From the human T2T-CHM13v2.0 reference genome, Homo sapiens, in assembly GCF_009914755.1 (NCBI RefSeq), contig NC_060932.1: a stretch of 64,000 nt of DNA. One strand, given 5' to 3'. A model generated the notes under the pieces. That model was not told where the DNA came from. It did not search any database and worked only from the letters and a program-made list of their open reading frames with translations. A program made the position numbers and the translations under genes. Shown here in pieces: positions 51,905-64,000 of this stretch. Positions within the stretch are counted from its first letter, which is position 1. The number at the start of each line of letters is the position of its first letter.

Positions 51905-52387
51905 CAGGCTGGTGACTAGCAGAGGTCCACCTGACCCCCGTAAGCTGCTGAACTAGTAGGGCTGCCAGAAATGTCCCACTAGGGAATTTGGTAGAGACGA
52001 AGACATGCTCACCGGACAAGGGTTCCTCCCAGGATACGCCCGAGCGGAAGAAGCGGGCTCTGAGCCACGCCCTTTCACCCTCCTCTACCCCGCCCTGGGC
52101 TGGTGAAGGTGCGCGCCAGGATGTGGACTACTGAGCCCTGAAGAAATAAGTCCTTCCACTTTGACCCCATGGAGGATTGCCTGTGAGGAACTTAAACGAG
52201 TCTACCAGTGTCTAGACACGGGGGCAGGTCTGTCCGGCACAGCAGCTCCCTCAAGGAGGAGAAGAGTGAGGAGAAAGGAAACTCAAGTCTCACCATTCTG
52301 TCCTGGGAGAGAAGAGGAGGATCTCATCTCTCATCTGTCCAAACAAGGCAAGGAGACTTTCTCTCATCTTTCCAAGCAAGGCAAGGA
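51905..52387 (+). pseudogene. Decayed upstream REXO1 retrocopy fragment, copy 5
   Basis: Same sequence (+48765). Confidence 0.83.
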
Positions 52388-52389
52388 GA

Positions 52390-53275
52390 CTTTTTATCAT
52401 TAGGAAACAAAAAGAATTTAGAAGGAATGAAAGCAGCCCGTAAGGTGAATTCCTAAGGACTGCCCATTGAAACTGACAAAATTGCCCTTGTTTGATGAGA
52501 GGAATGAGCAGAGCATTGATGTGGTGAACAAGGATCTAGTGAGACTTTCCCAGCATGTTTCTACCAAAGCTTTATCTAAGCTTCTCAGAACACTCTCCTA
52601 ATAAGCAGATGTTTGGCCTTTCAGAAAGTCAACAAGCAAAATGCCTTGAGTGTCCCAAAACACTGATGCCATGATGTGGGCTCCTGACTGGCCTCCTTTT
52701 CCTTTGACTGGACCACTGCCACCTCTTGGTAGCCATCGCTTTCATGATGCTTTGCCTTCGAGATCATATTGGTGAAGCCATGTTCCAACTGCCGCTTACA
52801 ATTTGTCAGAGGGATGCGTCAGGATCGTGATCCCTCCTGTTTAAAATTTCCACTGATAGCTCTCGTCGTAACTGCAGCTGATCTGGGCACAGTGGTTTTC
52901 ACAGCCACTGAAGGATTCATCTTCCACATCTTCTCACCTCTTCTTGAAACAAGCTATACATTCGTAAAGAGTTCATTTCTTTGGGGTAGTGTCCTTACAA
53001 GCTTTTCTTAAAACGTCAATGATTTCTTCAATCTTCCACCCAAGCTTCACCATAAATTTGATGTTTCCTCTTGCTGCAATTTTCGTGGAATTCAAGTTGC
53101 TCTGACGGGAGTCCTTTTCAGTGGATGTCTCATCCTTCTTAGTGCCTCAAACTAGATCTAGTTCAGAAAGGTTATCAGAAGTTAGGACAAGTTTATTTTA
53201 GTGCAAACCAGTGGAAATCCATGCATAGTTTCTTCACCATGTGCATTTTCTATGAACCTTTGGAAGACCACCTGT
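52390..53275 (-). mobile_element. HSMAR2 remnant, copy 5
   Basis: Same as copy 1 (+48765). Confidence 0.83.
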
Positions 53276-53812
53276 GTTGAACATTGCCCAAGTCCTGGGA
53301 GAGAAGTGGGTGCGGTCCGCTTCCTGTCCTCAATTTGCCCGCAGCGGCGGAGTGCACAGAGCAGGGAAAGGCAGCCCCAGAGGGATCCCGCCCTCCAGCA
53401 TGCAGCAGACTGCTGGCCCAGTCCTGGCTCCAAGGGGTGCTGTGTGGGCCCAAGCAAGTTGACCAACCTCCCTGAACCTTAATTTAATCCTAGGTAGCCC
53501 AATTCCAGTAGCCATTATAGGACTGCCCTGCAGGGACAGTTACTTAACTCAGGAAAAGCAACCTAGCTCCAAGTTTAGCAACCGGGAGTTCCAGTTGATT
53601 CCATTAGCGCACCCCCTGAGGCATTCCCAAGCTGGAGTCTGGTGGAAGATGAGGCTCAGTGTGATTGGACTGAAGCACCAACCTATCAAGGAGAAGTCCC
53701 ACCCAGTCTGCCCTGTGCCTATATAAAGGCGACAAGTGGCGGCCGCAGCACTCATTGAAGCCGCCAGTTGGGAGAGGAGCAGAGCCAGGCCGGTGCTCCC
53801 GAAGGCAGCAAG

Positions 53813-55840
53813 ATGTTGCGAGCCACAGCTCCCTGCTGGTTCCCCCCTGGATACCCAGAAGCTAAGAAGGTGGCCGAGGAGGCGGCCCTGGAGGCAAGCC
53901 GCCATTTGGGAGGGGAGCAGAGCCAGGCCGGTGCTCCCGAAGGCAGCAAGATGTTGCGAGCCACAGCTCCCTGCTGGTTCCGCCCTGGATACCCAGAAGC
54001 TAAGAAGGTGGCCGAGGAGGCGGCCCCGGAGGCAAGCCGCCATTTGGGAGCGGAGCAGAGCCCGGCCGGTGCTCCCGAAGGCAGCAAGATGTTGCGAGCC
54101 ACAGCTCCCTGCTGGTTCCCACCTGGATACCCAGAAGCTAAGAAGGTGGCCGAGGAGGCGGCCCTCGAGGCTCCAGAATTCCCACTGCCCTCTCATCAGC
54201 CTGCCCAGAGCTTCGGGCTCTGGGTGCCCCAGATGCACAAGCAGGCCTCAGCATTTGTGGACATCCAGGCGGAGCCCCAGAACAGGGGTCCGGCGGTGCC
54301 CCCAGCGTGGCCCAAGATGGTGACGGAGTCGTGCTACTTCCCTGCGCAGAGGGGATCGGCCTGCCGCTTGCCAGCCGCCCCAAGGCTGACAGAGAGGCCC
54401 TCGGGAGTCCGCATCTCAGCCCCCAGGAAGAGGAAGACGATCGCCCACTCTTCCAGCCCTTGCTTGGTCACAGGTTACACAGATGCCAAGAGAACCCGGG
54501 TGGCCAGCAGCAGCCAACGCTCCCGTGGCTCCAAGGTCGGCAGACAGCCAGGGAAGACGCGCAACAGGTCAGGGATGGCATGCAAGACCACCGCCACCAC
54601 CAGCTCTAAGCGAATCGTCCGTCGTGCATCCTTACCGAGTTTGAGTTTGAAGAAACCCATTATCCTCCGAAGCTCTGGGTGCCAAGTCCCCACCGTCCTC
54701 CGCCGAGGCTATCTCCAACTGTTCACCGAAGAGTGTCTCAAGTTCTGCGCCTCCAAGCAGGAGGCCGAGGAGAAGGCGCTGAACGAGGAGAAGGTGGCCT
54801 ACGACTGCAGCCCCAACAAGAACAGGTACCTGAACGTGGTCCTGAACACCCTCAAGAGACTGAAGGGCCTGACCCCCAGCTCCATGCCCGGCCTCAGCAG
54901 GGCCGCCCTGTACAGCCGCCTCCAGGAGTTCCTGCTCACCCAGGACCAGCTCAAGGAGAACGGCTACCCCTTCCCGCACCCCGAGCGGCCCGGAGGCGCC
55001 GTCCTCTTCACTGGCCAGGGGAAGGGGCCCGGCGACTCCTCCTGCAGGGTCTGCTGCCGTTGTGGCACCGAGTACCTGGTGTCCTCCTCGGGCCGCTGTG
55101 TACGCGACCAGTTGTGTTATTATCACTGGGGGCGGGTCCGCTCGAGCCAGGTGGCTGGAGGCCGGGTTAGCCAGTACACCTGCTGTGCAGCTGCTCCTGG
55201 CTCTGTGGGCTGCCAGGTGGCAAAGCAGCACGTGCGGGACGGCCGCAAGGAGAGCCTCGATGGCTTCGTGGAGACCTTCAAGAAAGAGTTGTCCAGAGAC
55301 GCTTATCCAGGAATCTACGCCTTGGACTGTGAGATGTGCTACACCACGCATGGCCTAGAGCTGACCCGCGTCACCGTGGTGGACGCCGACATGCGAGTGG
55401 TGTACGACACCTTCGTCAAGCCCGACAACGAGATCGTGGACTACAACACCAGGTTTTCCGGAGTCACCGAGGCCGACGTCGCCAAGACGAGCATCACGTT
55501 GCCCCAAGTCCAAGCCATCCTGCTGAGCTTTTTCAGCGCCCAAACCATCCTCATCGGGCACAGCCTGGAGAGCGACCTGCTGGCCCTGAAGCTCATCCAC
55601 AGCACCGTGGTGGACACGGCCGTGCTCTTCCCGCACTACCTGGGTTTCCCCTACAAGCGCTCCCTCAGGAATCTCGCGGCCGACTACCTGGCACAGATCA
55701 TCCAGGACAGCCAGGACGGCCACAACTCCAGCGAGGACGCAAACGCCTGCCTGCAGCTGGTGATGTGGAAGGTCCGACAGCGCGCCCAGATCCAGCCACG
55801 CCACCGGTCCGCCTCTCCCGCCGCCCTGGCCTGTCCTTAG
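53813..55840 (+). CDS. REXO1L1: REXO1-like retrogene (GOR), copy 5 (E68)
   Basis: Intact ORF; translation matches copy 1. Confidence 0.9.
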   Translation: MLRATAPCWFPPGYPEAKKVAEEAALEASRHLGGEQSQAGAPEGSKMLRATAPCWFRPGYPEAKKVAEEAAPEASRHLGAEQSPAGAPEGSKMLRATAPCWFPPGYPEAKKVAEEAALEAPEFPLPSHQPAQSFGLWVPQMHKQASAFVDIQAEPQNRGPAVPPAWPKMVTESCYFPAQRGSACRLPAAPRLTERPSGVRISAPRKRKTIAHSSSPCLVTGYTDAKRTRVASSSQRSRGSKVGRQPGKTRNRSGMACKTTATTSSKRIVRRASLPSLSLKKPIILRSSGCQVPTVLRRGYLQLFTEECLKFCASKQEAEEKALNEEKVAYDCSPNKNRYLNVVLNTLKRLKGLTPSSMPGLSRAALYSRLQEFLLTQDQLKENGYPFPHPERPGGAVLFTGQGKGPGDSSCRVCCRCGTEYLVSSSGRCVRDQLCYYHWGRVRSSQVAGGRVSQYTCCAAAPGSVGCQVAKQHVRDGRKESLDGFVETFKKELSRDAYPGIYALDCEMCYTTHGLELTRVTVVDADMRVVYDTFVKPDNEIVDYNTRFSGVTEADVAKTSITLPQVQAILLSFFSAQTILIGHSLESDLLALKLIHSTVVDTAVLFPHYLGFPYKRSLRNLAADYLAQIIQDSQDGHNSSEDANACLQLVMWKVRQRAQIQPRHRSASPAALACP

Positions 55841-56404
55841 CCCCAGGCCTCTTCCAAAACCGCCATCAGTCCCGAGAGCTCACCCTGCCCACCTCGCCGC
55901 AAAGCGAAAGAAACTGGAGCAGCCGGCGTCAGGAGAGGGCAAAAAGCCAAGAGTAACCCCAACCCCCCACTCCCGGTCCCCCGGAATCCCTGCCGCGGCC
56001 CCTCGGGCCTGTCCACATCCCTCTGCCCCTCCCAGACCTCTGTCCTTCCACCAATCGCCTCCCGCAGCCCCGAGCCGCCACTCCCAGTCCCCCGAGTCCC
56101 TGCCGCGCGCCCTCGCGCCTGTCCACATCCCTCTGCCCATCCGAGACCTCTGTCCTTACACCACTAGCCACCCCACGTGGGACTTCCATGGCTTCTGAGT
56201 ACAAGGCCAGCCCCCCGGCCCACCAGCTTTCGGAATGCCTGCTTACCTCTTTTTCTGTAGAGGCACCACAGGGAGGTGGGTGAAGCACTTCGGCTCTGGA
56301 GTTACAGATCTGGGTTCAAGGCCAAATTCCACCACTTACTAGGTTTGTAATATTGGACAGATAACGTCTTTGCGCTTCTACCTTTTGGTCTTTAAAGTGT
56401 GATC

Positions 56405-60076
<3,672 letters not shown>

Positions 60077-63000
60077 AAAGTGTGATCCTAATGTCATGGT
60101 GCGGACTGAATGAAGCAGCACATGGCAAGCCTTAAAACGATCGCACATAGTAGGTGTTCAATTAATGTTAACTATATTTCTTTTGTATAATAGTTTATAA
60201 AGGGAATTCATGAACACTATGTGATTAATCCTTGGAACAACCCAACAGGTAGGTAAATAAAGCCTAATTTTATACCTAAAGAAACCATGCGGCTTAACTT
60301 GCCCAAAATAATAATGATTGTAATGAGCACTGGCTGTTGGTTTCTTATGTACTTGGTACTTTGCACGTATTAACCCAGTCAGTCCTCCTAATAGTTGTGA
60401 GAGAGATAGCATTCTTATCCCCATTTTACAGATGAGGAACCTGAAGCCCAGGTGATAAGTAGTTTATCCAAGGTATCATAGCTAGAAGTCGGGTGCAGGC
60501 AGTCTGGCTCCAGAGCCCCTGCTCTGTCCGCTGACCTAGCTGACTTCCCAAGAGTCAAAGTGGATTCTTCCCCAAGACCAACCAATTACAATGACTGAAT
60601 CAGTCAGTCAACTTCGAACTGGGCTCCAAGAGAGAACGAACCATCATGCCTCTCTAAATCCTCATTTCTAGTTTGAATCTTCAAGGAGAGATAGACACTA
60701 AGTAGCTAGTTTTGCTGGAATGGCTGATTTTATCAATGTTTTCGGTGTGTGAGTGTGTGTGTGTGTATATGTATAGAACTAAATTAAACTGATAATTTGA
60801 ATGCTTACACTTCCATTAGTTCAATTTGTGTATGTGAGCCCTCACACACATACATACACACACACAAACTGTTCCAGAACAGTGACTTAGTGAAAAACTG
60901 GATTTCCACTCTGTCAGACAAATTTCGGAAAGCACTGAAGTAGGGCATTTCTGATTGATTTTACCGTTCCCGGAATTTTATTTTCCTTTATCACTTAGAC
61001 CCCTTCTGTGGGGATTTAATAAATAAACGTCTTTTGTAGTGTATGTTATTTCATTTTATTTTTATAATTTATATGAATTTTAATTTTAACTTGACAAATA
61101 AAAATTATATATATTTATGGCATACAACATGATGTTTCATACGTGTATACATTGTGGAATGACAAAATCAAGCTAATTAACACACTCGTTTCCTCACATA
61201 CTGATTTTAATGTGATGAGGACATGTCTAAAATCTACTCTTATAGCAATTTTCAAGTATACAATACATACTTATACACTGTAGATGCCAGGCTGTTCAAT
61301 AGATCTCTAGAACCATTCCTCTCTGAAATTTTGTATCATGAGACTATCATCTCTCCAGTCCCTCCCTGACCCCTGCCTCGGGTAACCACCGTTCTGCTCT
61401 CTACAGCTATGAGTTGCATTGTTTGAGATTGCACATATAAGTGAGATCATGCAGTATTTGTCTTTTTGTGCTTGCTTTTTAAATTTTATTATGTAATTAT
61501 TTATTTTTTGAGACAGGGTCTCAGTCTGTCACCCAGGCTGGAGTACAGTGACACAAACACGGCTCACTCACCCACCACGGCCTCCACCTCCCGGGGTCGA
61601 GAGTTCCTCCCGCTTCAGCCTCCTGAATAGCTAGGACTACAGGCGTCCAACGCCACACTTGGCTAATTTTTGTGTTTCTTTTAGAGATGGGGTTTCACCA
61701 TGTTGCCCAGGTTCATCTCCAACTCCTGGGCTCAACGCTTCCACCTGCCTTGGCCTCCCAAAGTACTGGGATTACAGGCATGAGCCACCGTGCCTGGCCT
61801 TTGCTTTCTTTCACTCAGTGTACCATCCTCTAGGCTCATTCGTGTTGCCAATGAGATGATTTCTTTCTTTTTTAAGGCTGAATTGTGTTCTATTGGGAAT
61901 ATGTACCGCTTTTCTTTTTATGTTTAATTTTTTTTGGTTTTTTGAGACAGAGTTTTGCTCGCGTCGCCCAGGCTGGAGTGCAGTGGCGTGATTTCGAGTC
62001 ACTACAACCTCTGCCTCCCAGGTTGAAGTGATTCTCCTGCCTCACCTGAGATTAGAGGCATGTACCGGCATGTCCGGCTAATTTTGTGTTTCTAGTAGAG
62101 ATGGGGTTTCACCATGTTGGCCAGGCTGGTCTTGAACTCCAACAATTCTAATTCAACTAATTTATTTTATAGAAATATTTATGTGTGAGAAACAATATTT
62201 TCAAGAGTCAAAGATTTAAAACTGCTTAATTGTACATCACTAAGTGGCTGGCTAATAAATTATAGTACGTTCATCCTTACGGAAGAATACTTTGCAGCTA
62301 AAACAGAACGAAAGAGAGGAAACTCTTCAAAATGTTAACTGGGAATGACGTTCAAGACTTATTGTTAAATAAAACAAATTGAGAAGAAGAGTCGTTTATT
62401 GGTACTAAATTTGTGTCAGTAAAAATGGATTCTATACGTGGGATGCTTTATAAGTATGTGGAAAAATTCTTTGATGGTTTTTCCTTGAAAAAGTGAAACC
62501 TAAATCCACTCCGTTTGGATGTGGGCCTATTTACGGTTGTTGCTTCCTAAACATAAACTACGTTTAGGCTGATATTTCAGACAATGAAACCTTTGAGTGC
62601 CCGTAGCGGGAAGATCTCGGTTGCTGAGTGCAGGGAAGGAGGATGTAATTCCATCATATATACTCTCTGTGCCTACCGCATTTGGAACCATGCGAGTGAT
62701 ACGTATTTATAAAATAACATAAACCAAGCACAAGTACGAACTTAGCAACACTATATTGAGTTAATAGAACGGTATCTTGTATTTCTTCTGTCCAGGTATA
62801 CTTATAAATGCCTGCAGGGATTTCACCACCTCAGGGTGGAGAGACTGAATGCTTGTGAGGGAATTAGGATGGTGGAATATTGGTGTTACCAGGGAAGGGG
62901 GCGGGATGTTTGAAAATGCTATGTTTACTCGTTCTTGGGTTCCAATAAAGGAGAAACAGGGCACAGGAGTCGGAAGGACTAGTGGCAATAGTGATGAAAG

Positions 63001-64000
63001 GACCTCCTTATCATGCTGGCTATGTTAATTACCCAGGTGTAGGAAGCCATACACTGAGGCGGAAGATCGCAAGTCAGAGTGGCCGGCAGGCACAACCTCC
63101 TGGCACACCAGAGGCAGGTCTTCAATACCCACTGGTTTCCCCAACAGGCTGCGTAAGGGACCCTGAGCCACAGTGAGTTGGTCAAATGCTCCTGACAGTG
63201 TGGAGAAACCAACAGGCAAAACGTGGGTGCAAAAGTGATGAGACCCCACACTTTACACTCGTGGTGACAATGAAGCTATTAAGTAACAGCTTCTCAACCT
63301 ATGCTGTTTCCTGTTGGATGCACATAATCCATTTGCACTGCAGACAATTTTAGGATGTGGTTTACAGTAAGGTGGATGGTACCTTATGGCAAAAATCTCT
63401 CAGAAATTTATGTGTGGTTTTAAAGTCATTCCAGTCCTAGCACGTTGTGCTTTTCAGAGACGCCATAGCTGTTTTTCCCTTTGTAATATCAAAGCAGTAA
63501 TATCTTCTCTGGAGGCCTGTTGGGTGAATTTAATGGAATCAAGTTAAGTAGGTGCCAGAACCATTGCTGTTTTCCCTCCATAGCCCTGCCACCCACTGTA
63601 AAAAGGTTGATGAGATTACTTAATGATTTCCAATTAAGTTGTATTTCCAAATATCATGATTTCCATTTTAATGTAGTTGGTATGGAGCTCTGTGAGTGTG
63701 TGCTTCTTTTATTATGGATCACGTTCAGCTTCTTTTTATTTGCCTCCTAGTCATAATAGTAAAACTCTACTCCTCTACTCCGAGGAGTCCCTACCACCCA
63801 TCTCATCACTTTCCAGCCCAGCACTCTTCATGCTCATTCATTTAAAGCATTCAACATTGTGTAAATGAATCTTGGAAGGCAAAAGCTACTGAATTTAGCG
63901 AATTTGTGGAGGCATTGCCACAAATCAGCCAGGTGAAGTTTCACACAATCGAAGACTGCACAACTCCTAGAAGGCAGCACTATGCTGCAAACCCAGACGG

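Overview
Primate (human-like) genomic DNA. The entire window is a head-to-tail macrosatellite of ~12.2 kb units: five complete copies and a partial sixth, starting at 1, 12191, 24381, 36571, 48764 and 60956. I recognise it as the REXO1L1/GOR tandem array (human 8q21.2, from recall). Each unit carries one intronless, GC/CpG-rich REXO1-derived retrogene, an intact 675-aa ORF with a complete DEDDh exonuclease site, behind a TATA/CCAAT promoter. Each unit also has a 5'-truncated L1PA that splits a MIR, an HSMAR2 mariner remnant, two Alus, old L1M fragments and a second MIR. Main observations: (1) a decayed upstream half of the REXO1 retrocopy lies ~1.9 kb before the gene and joins the live ORF almost codon-for-codon, implying an inserted block supplied a new promoter and N-terminus; (2) the GOR autoantigen epitope is in frame just behind the TAG; (3) a DUX4-consensus site lies in the promoter; (4) the L1 shows CpG gain rather than decay; (5) the copies are mosaics, yet the CDS is nearly invariant. 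Comparisons to REXO1, repeat consensus sequences and literature motifs are from memory and need alignment to confirm. There are no prokaryotic-type features.
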